In this document: positions 18,972 through 28,766 of the stretch, piece by piece
Position numbering within the stretch: position 1 is the first letter of the stretch
How the letters are laid out: the number at the start of each line of letters is the position of its first letter
Source: an uncultured Alphaproteobacteria bacterium
GTDB lineage: Bacteria; Pseudomonadota; Alphaproteobacteria; Rs-D84
Assembly (NCBI GenBank): GCA_944392815.1
Contig: CALXXY010000001.1
Span: 128,001 to 192,000, forward strand
Direction: 5' to 3'
Length of the DNA: 64,000 nt
Made by a program: the position numbers and the translations under genes
Notes under the pieces: model-generated
What the model saw: the letters and a program-made list of their open reading frames with translations, nothing else
The model's database searches: none
Told to the model about the DNA's origin: nothing

Positions 18972-19056
18972 GCGGGTATGGCGAAACTGGCAGACGCGCT
19001 GGATTTAGGTTCCAGTGGGGCAACCCATCAGGGTTCAAATCCCTGTACCCGCACCA
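18972..19056 (+). tRNA. tRNA-Leu(TAG)
   Basis: Cloverleaf with long variable arm, anticodon loop TTTAGGT, CCA. Confidence 0.96.
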
Positions 19057-19186
19057 ATATTTCCCATTAATACACCGGATAATTACGCGGATACGACGCA
19101 TCGGGGCGTGCCAGTTCGGATTTTACCCCGCACGCCGATGTTGCCAATGTTGCCAATAACAAAAATCCCAAAAATATTTTTTTCAT

Positions 19187-21418
19187 TTATTTTCCAAATT
19201 TACCACTGCGCGGGAAACCAACGGGAACTGTACGCCCCTGGGACGCACGACGGCCCGCCCATGGTGCCCAATCGTCCAGTTTGGTTGTGCCGCGCCCGGT
19301 TGTCCACCCAAATCCGTCCGACGCGTTGAAAAACATCACGTCCAAAACATATGTGCGTTCTGCATTGTATTTTTGCAGAATTACGCCCTTGCCCCGGGTC
19401 ATTTCAGGAATTTCGGCGGTCGGGAATATTAACAATTTATCATTTGACCCAGACATCGCAACCGTATCGCCAGTGACGGGCACACACATAATTGCCCTGT
19501 TGCGATCGTCTGTGTTCATGATTTGTTTGCCGGTGCGTGTTTGCGCCAGGCAATTTTCACCCGCAACGATGAATCCGGTTCCATGGCGTCCAACCAACAA
19601 ATATTTTGCCGATGTATCCAATACAAACGCAGCGACTATGTTTTCGTCCGCACCGATATCGGCCATCATACGCACTGATTCACCAAACCCGCGCGCAGAC
19701 GGCAAATCGTTCGCCGATAAAGTGAACATTTTTCCACCACTGGCAAACAAATTGATTTTATCCGTGGACATGGCGTGAAATGCGAATTGCAGTTCGTCGC
19801 CCTCTTTGAATTTCATGTCCAGGTTGTTTAAATCCAGCGTACCTTTGGCGGCACGAATCCAACCGGCGGTGGACAGTATGATTGTCAGCGGTTCTTTTTC
19901 GATAAATTCATCGGTGTTTACGACGATTTCCTGGGTTGTCGGCACCCATTGAGTACGACGGTGCCCCAGCGCAGTTTTTTTATCATAGCGTTTTTTAATA
20001 TCTGCGAACCAGGCCTTTAACTGTTCATTTTGGGCGTCTGGACTGGCCAATAATTCGCGTAATTGTTTTTGTTCGGCCAATAATGCGGCATCTTCGCGGC
20101 GGATTTCCATTTCCTCTAATTTGCGCAATGAACGCAGACGAGTGTTCAGAATTGCCTCTACCTGGATTTCGGTCAATTTGAATTCGGACATTAATACAGA
20201 TTTTGCGTCATCTTCGTTTCTGATGATTTCAATTACACGGTCCAGATTCAAATAAACTATTAATAACCCACCCAGGATTTCCAACCGGCGTTCAATGTTG
20301 CCCAGCCGCCAATTCGTGCGACGCACCAGTACGTTTTTCTGGTGCGCGATAAATTCACGCAAAACATCGCCAATGCCCATAACGCGTGGCACACCACGTG
20401 AATCGATGACGTTGAAATTCATATTGAATTTGTATTCCAAATCCGTCATCGCAAATAAATGCGCCATCATTTTATCCGCCGGGACATTACGGCTTTTGGG
20501 GGTGATTACAATTCGTACAGATGTTGTAGATTCGTCCGCAATATCGTCCACCAATGGCAATTTTTTCGCGTCTATTAAATTCGCGATTTGTTCCACCAGT
20601 TTAGATTTTATCAATCCATATGGAATTTCTGTGATAACGACCTGTTCCGCGCCACGATCCAATTTTTCCACGTCCCATTTTGCGCGAATGCGAAATGCGC
20701 CACGGCCTGTATCATAATTTTTTACAATTGTATCAAAAGAATCAATCAGTACGCCACCCGTTGGAAAATCTGGCCCGATTAATTTTTTCATAATCTGGGC
20801 GGTTGTGGCGTCTGGATTATCCACCACCAGGGTCAAGGCATCACAAACCTCGGCCACGTTGTGGGTGGGGATATTGGTTGCCATGCCGACGGCAATACCC
20901 ATGCCGCCATTGGCCAACAAATTCGGAAATGCCCCGGGCATAACCACAGGTTCCACTGTGGTGCCGTCAAAATTCGGCATCATGTCGACGCTGTCTTCGT
21001 CAATGCCCTCCATAATCAACATGGCGGCGTCGGTCATTTTGGATTCGGTATAACGATATGCCGCCTGGGGATCACCGTCGATATTACCAAAGTTTCCCTG
21101 GCCATCAATTAATGGATAGCGCACGGAAAAATCCTGGGCCAGACGAACCATCGCATCGTACACAGATGAATCACCATGCGGGTGATAATGACCCAACACG
21201 TCACCAACAACGGTTGCACATTTACGAAATGCCGCACTGGGCGATAATTTTTGCCGCAGCATCGAATATAAAATGCGACGATGAACGGGTTTCAGCCCGT
21301 CACGCACATCGGGCAATGCACGCGACACAATTGTGCTGACCGCGTATGACAAATACCGTTGGGACAGTGCGTCCGACAGTTGTTGTGAATCTATTCTTTC
21401 GATAATTTCCTTGCTCAT
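19187..21418 (-). CDS. parC: DNA topoisomerase IV subunit A
   Basis: [28 protein letters not shown]; shorter CTD without a GyrA box; probable start MSKEII. Confidence 0.9.
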   Translation of the reverse strand: MSKEIIERIDSQQLSDALSQRYLSYAVSTIVSRALPDVRDGLKPVHRRILYSMLRQKLSPSAAFRKCATVVGDVLGHYHPHGDSSVYDAMVRLAQDFSVRYPLIDGQGNFGNIDGDPQAAYRYTESKMTDAAMLIMEGIDEDSVDMMPNFDGTTVEPVVMPGAFPNLLANGGMGIAVGMATNIPTHNVAEVCDALTLVVDNPDATTAQIMKKLIGPDFPTGGVLIDSFDTIVKNYDTGRGAFRIRAKWDVEKLDRGAEQVVITEIPYGLIKSKLVEQIANLIDAKKLPLVDDIADESTTSVRIVITPKSRNVPADKMMAHLFAMTDLEYKFNMNFNVIDSRGVPRVMGIGDVLREFIAHQKNVLVRRTNWRLGNIERRLEILGGLLIVYLNLDRVIEIIRNEDDAKSVLMSEFKLTEIQVEAILNTRLRSLRKLEEMEIRREDAALLAEQKQLRELLASPDAQNEQLKAWFADIKKRYDKKTALGHRRTQWVPTTQEIVVNTDEFIEKEPLTIILSTAGWIRAAKGTLDLNNLDMKFKEGDELQFAFHAMSTDKINLFASGGKMFTLSANDLPSARGFGESVRMMADIGADENIVAAFVLDTSAKYLLVGRHGTGFIVAGENCLAQTRTGKQIMNTDDRNRAIMCVPVTGDTVAMSGSNDKLLIFPTAEIPEMTRGKGVILQKYNAERTYVLDVMFFNASDGFGWTTGRGTTKLDDWAPWAGRRASQGRTVPVGFPRSGKFGK

Positions 21419-21719
21419 GACAGTGATAAAATTAAAACATTTGAAAAAAAATAACAACTGAAAAAAATTGCACTTTTTTGACTTGCAATTTATTTTTTTA
21501 TGTATATATGTATATACAAACTTTGGTTCCCCATTTTTGGGGCGGGCTGCTGGGGTTTCTGGCAAGTCGGGGCATTTGAATCCGTTTCAGATGTCTGAAT
21601 GTACGCGACGCGCATATGTCGGCGTTGCGAACCAATCAAACAAAACATAAAAACGAACTGTGGTGAAACTGGCCATGCGCGCCAGTCGGCCATTTTGATT
21701 GCAAAGCAGGAGGACAATT

Positions 21720-22460
21720 ATGCACATATTAAAAAGAACCGTTCCGTACGTGCTGTCCAGCGCAGCTGTGATGTTCGGCATAGGAAATATTTCCAATTCA
21801 GGCAATCGCGTTGGCAAATATGCCAGTCCTGATACACAATTCATTGCGGAAATTCGTCCCGCCCCAAAAACGCCACTGGTGCTGGATTTTGTATCAGACA
21901 CAAACAAAGACACGGACAGCAGTGCCGTCAGTGCCACCGCCGCACGATATGATGTTATATACACCCGCGCAAACGGCAACCAATTCCGTCGCAGTGGGGG
22001 CACACGCGCATGGCGCAATAATAATCCGGGGTGTTTGCGGTATTCTGAATTTACTGTGACCCAGGGCGCAATTGGACACGCCGGCGGATTTGCTGTATTT
22101 CCCGATGATTCAACCGGAATGCAGGCAATTTGTGCACTGTTAAAATCGGACAGTTATCGTGATTTAACTATATCCCAGGCGATTTTCAAATATGCCCCGC
22201 CCCATGAAAATGATACTGAAAACTATAACGCCAGTTTGCGGAAAATTACTGGGCTAGATACGGCCACAAAATTATCCGCACTGACCGATGAACAAATTAT
22301 GCGCGTGGCGCGCGCAATCCGCGTGGTCGAGGGCTGGACCCCCGGTCGCGAAACATATATCTATGTCGCGCCAAAACAGGTTCCATCACGCGACACAGTT
22401 GATTTTTATGCCGCGTTGCAAAATCAGATTGTGCAAAAGCAATTTGAACGGGTAATATAA
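21720..22460 (+). CDS. Secreted protein with an RNNNPG-motif domain (putative lysozyme-like cell-wall enzyme)
   Basis: AGGAGG RBS; RAWRNNNPGCLR...FAVFPD...YAPPHENDT...AIRVVEGW. Confidence 0.65.
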   Translation: MHILKRTVPYVLSSAAVMFGIGNISNSGNRVGKYASPDTQFIAEIRPAPKTPLVLDFVSDTNKDTDSSAVSATAARYDVIYTRANGNQFRRSGGTRAWRNNNPGCLRYSEFTVTQGAIGHAGGFAVFPDDSTGMQAICALLKSDSYRDLTISQAIFKYAPPHENDTENYNASLRKITGLDTATKLSALTDEQIMRVARAIRVVEGWTPGRETYIYVAPKQVPSRDTVDFYAALQNQIVQKQFERVI

Positions 22461-22488
22461 AAAATCGCGCCATTGGCGCGTTTTTTAT

Positions 22489-22764
22489 TTATGACAATTT
22501 ATTTTTTATTTCGCGTATGCGGGCCAAAATTTCACGCAAATCGGCATCTGTCACCGTGGGGGTGGGACGATTATGAATTTCGTCCGCCAATACTATGCAC
22601 AATGTTGCCAACAGTGCATTTTCCGGCAATGGCCCGATTTTATCCAATATTTCGCGGGCGCGCGCGTCCACCATTTTGCCCAATTCTATCAGGCGGCCTT
22701 CTTGGCCATCTTCGCAACCCATGGGGTAATTTTTGTTGACAATTGGTATGGACACAACACTCAT
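22489..22764 (-). CDS. zapA: Cell division protein ZapA
   Basis: YPMGCEDGQEGRL..LG..VD...LADE pattern; follows a small coiled-coil gene. Confidence 0.8.
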   Translation of the reverse strand: MSVVSIPIVNKNYPMGCEDGQEGRLIELGKMVDARAREILDKIGPLPENALLATLCIVLADEIHNRPTPTVTDADLREILARIREIKNKLS

Positions 22765-22970
22765 TTCAAATTCTTTAGTATAGATATGGATTGATTTATC
22801 ATTTCCGTGGCATTGGCATTTTTTTCACGCAGGGTGCGCACCTGTTCGGTCAGGATTGCAACCTCCAGATCCGTTTGTTTGCCGGCATTAACCGCCACGG
22901 AACGCAATTTTGCGGCCAAATCTTCGACTGTGGCCAATTCCTGAAAAATTTGTTGTTTTAAATCGGACAT
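22761..22970 (-). CDS. Small coiled-coil protein (ZapB/DUF4164-like position)
   Basis: Heptad-rich 69 aa, overlaps the zapA start. Confidence 0.55.
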   Translation of the reverse strand: MSDLKQQIFQELATVEDLAAKLRSVAVNAGKQTDLEVAILTEQVRTLREKNANATEMINQSISILKNLK

Positions 22971-23052
22971 ATTATCAGTGTAAGATATTTTTTGCATGCG
23001 TTCAACACTAAAATGTGGTATAATGTCCGCATCAAGTGGGGGATTTATTTCA

Positions 23053-24075
23053 ATGAAAACTAAAATCATTTACATTTCGGGTAATGAAGTATTTGATATG
23101 GCCGATATTCGTGCCGCTTTTGAAGAGGTTAGAAACACATTACACCTGGGGTCGGACACGGTTATGTTTGGCGTGCCGGTTGATAATGATGACGCTTTTG
23201 CTGGTGCGGTGAAAACCGATGATGTTGCGCCCGTGCAGGTTGTGGAAACGGCGCCGGAAATTGATGATGACGTGGCACCTGTAATCACAAGCGTGGCGGT
23301 GGCAGATGTTGTACCCGAACCCGAAACTGTGCCCATGAAAAAATCCACAAAACGCGGTCGGGCAAAAAATAAAGTGACCCAGCCCGTTGTGGACGCGACC
23401 CCAGTTGATACGGACGAAAACGCGGACACGCAAAAAATTATTCCTATATTATCAGTTTTGGGCGGAAAATCGGAATCTGCGTTGGATAACGCAACCGAAA
23501 TTTCCGATACAAAATCCGACACGGTCGATGAAATAACAGATGAAAGCGCGACGGATATTCCCGATATTGATATCAGTGCTGAATTTGATTCTGTATCCGT
23601 GGCGGCCGATGGCGACGATACGCCACATGCGGAAATTGTCGATATGATAACCGATGACGCGCCCGAGGCACCAATCGAAAAGACACTGGAACAGTTATTG
23701 GAAAGCATGACCCCCCTGCGCGAAGATACTGTCGAAGATATCGTCCCCACCACCAGCGATGAAAATGTTTCCCCCGACATTGATTTGAATGATCTGGTTG
23801 CGGACGATACAATCGACAATGCGGGCGACGGTGATGCAACGCTGGAAAAACTGGCGGCGGAATTTGCCGAAAATCAGGATAAAATTCCTGAGACACCAAA
23901 ACCTGAATCACACAGCAAAATCGGAAAATTAAAAAATATTCTGCCATTTAAAAAGGCCAAACGCGAAGATACCGGCATTATGGGCGATTTGTTCGGCTGG
24001 GCCGGGATTGCAGCCAATGACGATGATTTTTCTATACCGGGATTTTTTACCCAGGCGGCGTCTTCTAAAAAATAG
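23053..24075 (+). CDS. Highly acidic, largely disordered hypothetical protein
   Basis: D/E/T/P-rich centre with ordered termini. Confidence 0.7.
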   Translation: MKTKIIYISGNEVFDMADIRAAFEEVRNTLHLGSDTVMFGVPVDNDDAFAGAVKTDDVAPVQVVETAPEIDDDVAPVITSVAVADVVPEPETVPMKKSTKRGRAKNKVTQPVVDATPVDTDENADTQKIIPILSVLGGKSESALDNATEISDTKSDTVDEITDESATDIPDIDISAEFDSVSVAADGDDTPHAEIVDMITDDAPEAPIEKTLEQLLESMTPLREDTVEDIVPTTSDENVSPDIDLNDLVADDTIDNAGDGDATLEKLAAEFAENQDKIPETPKPESHSKIGKLKNILPFKKAKREDTGIMGDLFGWAGIAANDDDFSIPGFFTQAASSKK

Positions 24076-24094
24076 GCAGATTTTATGATTTCAT

Positions 24095-25111
24095 ATGAAC
24101 ACGGATACAATTATTAGATTACTGCAAAATTCTGGATTCCATATTTTGGGAATCGATAACTCGTATTTGTATCTGGAAGATCCATCGTGCGTATTACGCA
24201 GTTTTGAGACGTTTATCGATTATGCCTGGATTGCCATTACATGCATAGTTGGGGTGTTTTTATTCGGCTGGGCTATATCGATGATACGGGGGGCGAAAAC
24301 TGACTATTTTACCAATTTACGAAATTTAATCATTATGCTGGGCACGCTGTCTGCGGGCGGATTTATTGTGAATTTAATCTGGGGTGATGATTTATTTGCA
24401 CGTGGGTGTCGCACTATTCGCGTGTCCGTCGATGAATTAAATACTGTGTTGGATATGCGAAATGCACAACTGTCACAATATAACGAATTTAATTTTTATG
24501 AACATTTCGAAATTGACGATTCTGGGGCAACTGCGTATGCAGATGCACCGCTGATGGCGGCCGGGGCGCCGGTTGATTTACAATCTGTGACTGTGTCCGG
24601 TGACGATGATGCCACCCAATTCCAGCCAAATCAGGATATCGCCGCATCGTATCCCGCAAATGCCCAGTCCCCAGTCAGCGCGCAGGAAATGTCACGCGAT
24701 GTTGTATACACCAACAGGGACGGCACGCGATACAGAAAAACTGGCGGTTCGCGCGCATGGCGCAATAACAACCCGGGCAATATCAGGTATTCTGCATTTA
24801 CACGTCGTGCCGGCGCCATTGGCCAGGCCGGCGGTTTTGCCGTATTCCCGGACGAGTCCACCGGTATGCGCGCCATATCATCGTTGTTGCAAAGTGACAG
24901 TTATATAAATCTGACCATTGCGGGCGCAATCAGTCGCTATGCGCCGCCTGTGGAAAACGATACCGCTGCGTATCACAGATCCATTCAAAAACTGACCGGG
25001 CTGTCCATCAATCGCCGTATTAGTGATTTAAGCGAAGCGGAACTGTCGCGTGTGGCAAATGCTATTCGCCAGATAGAGGGCTGGTCGGTCGGACGAATTG
25101 TATCTATGTAA
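24095..25111 (+). CDS. Membrane protein with a C-terminal RNNNPG-motif domain
   Basis: Two TM segments; RAWRNNNPGNIR...YAPPVENDT...AIRQIEGW, paralogous to 21720. Confidence 0.7.
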   Translation: MNTDTIIRLLQNSGFHILGIDNSYLYLEDPSCVLRSFETFIDYAWIAITCIVGVFLFGWAISMIRGAKTDYFTNLRNLIIMLGTLSAGGFIVNLIWGDDLFARGCRTIRVSVDELNTVLDMRNAQLSQYNEFNFYEHFEIDDSGATAYADAPLMAAGAPVDLQSVTVSGDDDATQFQPNQDIAASYPANAQSPVSAQEMSRDVVYTNRDGTRYRKTGGSRAWRNNNPGNIRYSAFTRRAGAIGQAGGFAVFPDESTGMRAISSLLQSDSYINLTIAGAISRYAPPVENDTAAYHRSIQKLTGLSINRRISDLSEAELSRVANAIRQIEGWSVGRIVSM

Positions 25112-25130
25112 AAAAAAACTGGGGGAAATT

Positions 25131-25775
25131 ATGAAGCGCAATCAACAATCTGGGAATGTGGTATTTAATATTTTATTGGTCGTTATGTTTATCATAATCG
25201 GCGTGTTGATTTATATACTGGCGGGTGGGCCGGTGCCTAAATTGGGCGATACGCGTGGTGTTCAATCCCCAGACATGGAATTTACAGACGACGATGCAAC
25301 CGTGGCGCAAATTACGTCACGCGATACCGGCGAATTTTCAGATGGTTTGGTGCGCCCCAGTTTTTCTGAACAATATCCGTTGGACGAATTCGGGGCGGGA
25401 ATTGCCGAACGGGCTGTGTTTGACATCGATATTAACGATGACGGGCGCATGGACAGAATTACCCGCGTTCGCAATGAAAATGGGACTGACCATGGGTATT
25501 ACGAGTATAAAATTGAATTAAATCAAAATGGGAACTGGGTTGATATTACCCCCGATGGTTTTCGCACGACCGAGGGCGCAGAATGCGCGTTGCAAAAATT
25601 ACAATTTAATTTTCGCCCGCAATTCAGCGTTGTAAAAATTTCGCGCAAATGGTCTGAAACATGGGTCACACCAACAATGGCCACGCGGACGGTGTACACT
25701 TTTAACGACGGAAAATTGCAGGCGTCTGCGCCCCAGGAATTAAAAACTGTATGTGACGTGACAGATTTATTTTAA
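25131..25775 (+). CDS. Membrane-anchored hypothetical protein (prepilin-like QQSG|N start; DINDDG Ca-binding-like loop)
   Basis: MKRNQQSGNVVFNILLVV hydrophobic N-terminus. Confidence 0.6.
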   Translation: MKRNQQSGNVVFNILLVVMFIIIGVLIYILAGGPVPKLGDTRGVQSPDMEFTDDDATVAQITSRDTGEFSDGLVRPSFSEQYPLDEFGAGIAERAVFDIDINDDGRMDRITRVRNENGTDHGYYEYKIELNQNGNWVDITPDGFRTTEGAECALQKLQFNFRPQFSVVKISRKWSETWVTPTMATRTVYTFNDGKLQASAPQELKTVCDVTDLF

Positions 25776-26473
25776 TTCAATAAAAACATATTGCGCGCAG
25801 AATAAACTATGCCACCGGACACCACATAGTGATCCAGCAATTGAATATCGACCGCGGCCAACAAATCCCGAACCACTGTTGTGATTTTTATATCATCGGT
25901 TGAAAAAGTTGTGTTTGGCGTCGGATGATTATGTACCATTAACACCGCAACTGCATTTAATTCCAACGCACGTTTTAATATTTCACGCGGATAAATGGCC
26001 GCCCAATCATTTGTGCCAACACTGTGCAGGTCATCTGATAATAATCTGTAATCCTGACCCAGGTACAGGACATGACTTTCTTCGCGGGTTTTGCCGCCCA
26101 ACAGCAACAGGCAATAATTTAACAATCCGCGTTCATTGTGAAACACCTGTTGTTGTGCCAATTCGCATTTATATCCAGCCAACATAATTTTATGAATGGA
26201 TTTTATAAAAATTGCGGTATTGCGCCCAATGCCACGATATTCCATTAATTTTTCAATTGGTGCGGTGATTATGGGATACAGCCCGCCGAACTGTTTCATC
26301 ATGCCGCGTGCCAGTGGCCGCACATCGCGGCGCGGGATTACAAAACTTAATAATAATTCCAACAATTCGTAATCTGCCAGATTGCCGTCCAAAAATTTCT
26401 GGCGCAGACGTTCACGATGTCCGTTATGAAACGCGACATCTGTGACGCCCATATCCGATTTTTTGTCTGACAT
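25772..26473 (-). CDS. radC: RadC/JAB-domain protein
   Basis: GHRERLR, YELLELLL, HNHP, LLDH. Confidence 0.92.
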   Translation of the reverse strand: MSDKKSDMGVTDVAFHNGHRERLRQKFLDGNLADYELLELLLSFVIPRRDVRPLARGMMKQFGGLYPIITAPIEKLMEYRGIGRNTAIFIKSIHKIMLAGYKCELAQQQVFHNERGLLNYCLLLLGGKTREESHVLYLGQDYRLLSDDLHSVGTNDWAAIYPREILKRALELNAVAVLMVHNHPTPNTTFSTDDIKITTVVRDLLAAVDIQLLDHYVVSGGIVYSARNMFLLN

Positions 26474-27237
26474 TATTCCGCCATTTTTTCAGTGAATATT
26501 ATGACGCCGTCCTCGGTAATTCCCAGGGTATGTTCCCACTGCGCCGACCAACCACCATCAACTGTGCGCGCGGTCCAACCGTCTGGATCTATTTTACATT
26601 CGGGACGCCCCATATTTATCATGGGTTCAATTGTAAACACCAATCCCGGTACCATTTTCACCCTGTCCCACATTTTGTCGTAAAAATGGAAAATTTGCGG
26701 GTCATCGTGCATAACTTTGCCTATGCCATGGCCAACAAAATCGCGCGAGATTGAAAATCCGTGTGGTTTTACGACAGATTCTATGGTTTTGCCGATTTCA
26801 GACAATGGAACGCCGGGGCCGCATACTGCGATGGCGGAATTTAATGCGTCCTGGCACGTTTGAACCAATTCGCGCGCGCGTGGGGCGACATTACCAATCA
26901 TAAACATACGCGACGCGTCACCGTGGAATCCTTTGTATTCTGCGGTTAAATCAACGTTGACGATATCGCCGTCTTTTAATATAACATCGTCGCTGGGGAT
27001 ACCATGCACAATTACATCATTTACAGATGTGCATATGCTTTTGGGATATCCCTGGTACCCCAGGTCGGACGAACGCGCCCCGTTTTCGCGCAAAAACTGT
27101 GCCACCAGACGATCTATTTCCCCAGTGGAAACACCGGCATGAATATGCGGGGTTATAAAATCAAAGCAGCGTGCAACTAAATCGCCAACCACACGCAAAC
27201 GTTTAAAATCTTTTGGCGCGTATACAGATGATAACAT
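26473..27237 (-). CDS. map: Methionine aminopeptidase type I
   Basis: CTSVNDVIVHGIP, GHGIG, FTIEPM, AQWEHT. Confidence 0.96.
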   Translation of the reverse strand: MLSSVYAPKDFKRLRVVGDLVARCFDFITPHIHAGVSTGEIDRLVAQFLRENGARSSDLGYQGYPKSICTSVNDVIVHGIPSDDVILKDGDIVNVDLTAEYKGFHGDASRMFMIGNVAPRARELVQTCQDALNSAIAVCGPGVPLSEIGKTIESVVKPHGFSISRDFVGHGIGKVMHDDPQIFHFYDKMWDRVKMVPGLVFTIEPMINMGRPECKIDPDGWTARTVDGGWSAQWEHTLGITEDGVIIFTEKMAE

Positions 27238-27241
27238 TGAT

Positions 27242-28231
27242 TTATTTCCTTCGTTTAATGGCCATTTTCATTGTGCGCATGGCCAATTTCAGTGCAAAAT
27301 CACGCAATAATATTTCGCCCGGCATACCAGTCGTGCGCAGTTGCTGTTCCAATTCGGTCAAACGCTGCAATACCGCAACCAAATCATTTTCTGACCAGAT
27401 TTTCACAGCCAATTCGAATTTATCCTGGACCTTCCAAAACAGGCGGGGCAATTGACCTTCGACAACGGCGGTCAACAGGCGTTTAAAATGTATATTCAGC
27501 ATGCGAACCAGCGCATTTGGATCAACACCGTTGTACAATAATCTGTCCAATGCGGTCATTGTTTGCTGGATATATCCGGCGGTCAAAGAATATAAAAAAT
27601 CGTCCATGCTGGCCGCGCCTGTATCAGGCAGGCATTTTTCTACATCGTCCAGTTCAACTGTTTTTTTATCGTTAACATACAATGCGATTTTTGCCAAAAA
27701 ACCACGCGTAATGCCACGATCGCCCCCCAGGTGCGATGTCATGTACGCCATGGCATCGGGGGTGATTTGCTGAATCCCCGCGTCGGCGGATAATTCGCGA
27801 CGTATTAATGCCGCCAGCGCACGCGCATCGTCCGTATAGCACGGCAATGTCGCCAAATCTGTTGCGTTTTCAAACAACGCGCGCAATCCACCACCCGCGC
27901 GCAAATCGCCGGCCGCAACAATAACAGTCGCACACAGGCCTGAATGCGTGACCAATTCCGAGATTAAATCAGCGTCACTGTCGCCGGCGTTGGATATTAT
28001 CACCATTTTGCGACCACCAAACATAGATGGACTGCAACTTTCCGCGAACAGTGCGTCTGTTTTGTCACGCAGTTCGTTTGAATCCAGGGCGAACAGGTTA
28101 TCTTTTTCAATTTCCAATTTTTCAACCGCACGATCACAAAATTCGTCCACCTGGCCTGCGTCAGGGCCATATATTAACACTGCACGAATTTTTTCAATGC
28201 CGGTATTAAAATCAGATTCTTTCCATTTCAT
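27242..28231 (-). CDS. holA: DNA polymerase III delta subunit
   Basis: LIYGPDAG, SMFGGRK, CYTD; downstream of lptE. Confidence 0.85.
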   Translation of the reverse strand: MKWKESDFNTGIEKIRAVLIYGPDAGQVDEFCDRAVEKLEIEKDNLFALDSNELRDKTDALFAESCSPSMFGGRKMVIISNAGDSDADLISELVTHSGLCATVIVAAGDLRAGGGLRALFENATDLATLPCYTDDARALAALIRRELSADAGIQQITPDAMAYMTSHLGGDRGITRGFLAKIALYVNDKKTVELDDVEKCLPDTGAASMDDFLYSLTAGYIQQTMTALDRLLYNGVDPNALVRMLNIHFKRLLTAVVEGQLPRLFWKVQDKFELAVKIWSENDLVAVLQRLTELEQQLRTTGMPGEILLRDFALKLAMRTMKMAIKRRK

Positions 28232-28233
28232 TA

Positions 28234-28707
28234 TTATTTTTCGTCGTCAGAATTTTCATGCCGATATGTTTCAGTTATTACACGTGTGCCGATTTTATCG
28301 GCCAAAACCTGGACCGTGTTTTGAACAGCACTGTTATACGACGCGTTCGCCGCAACCAGATATCGCACAAACGTATATGATTCAGACGCACTTTCCGTGC
28401 CACTCATTATTTCTGTATCACCCGCCGACAATGTGTATGTGGCCGTCAGGACGATTTCCTGCCACGTGGCGTCACCGGTGGATTCCAGGGCCTTGTACTG
28501 GGTGACGGGTTCCGCCAGGTTTACAGTTAATGTATATTTCGCGCCCGCATCACGCACACCGCCGAATTTGGCATTTAATTCATTACGCAATTCAATGCCG
28601 TTAATACCGCTGATGGGCGCGACATAAATATCTGTATCCGCGCCAGTGTACATCGGGCGAAAACCGCATGCCGACAGTAATAATAAAATTGGTATGTATT
28701 TTTTCAT
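28234..28707 (-). CDS. lptE: LPS assembly lipoprotein LptE
   Basis: LSACGFRPMY lipobox; lptE-holA synteny. Confidence 0.8.
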   Translation of the reverse strand: MKKYIPILLLLSACGFRPMYTGADTDIYVAPISGINGIELRNELNAKFGGVRDAGAKYTLTVNLAEPVTQYKALESTGDATWQEIVLTATYTLSAGDTEIMSGTESASESYTFVRYLVAANASYNSAVQNTVQVLADKIGTRVITETYRHENSDDEK

Positions 28708-28766
28708 CTTTTCCTGTTGCTTTTTATCCTTATATTACCTAGAGTTTTAATAAATCGCAAGGGGGA

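Noticed and set aside
21500-22490. 6S RNA expected downstream of zapA
   Set aside because: No long rod with a central bubble or recognisable 6S motifs found
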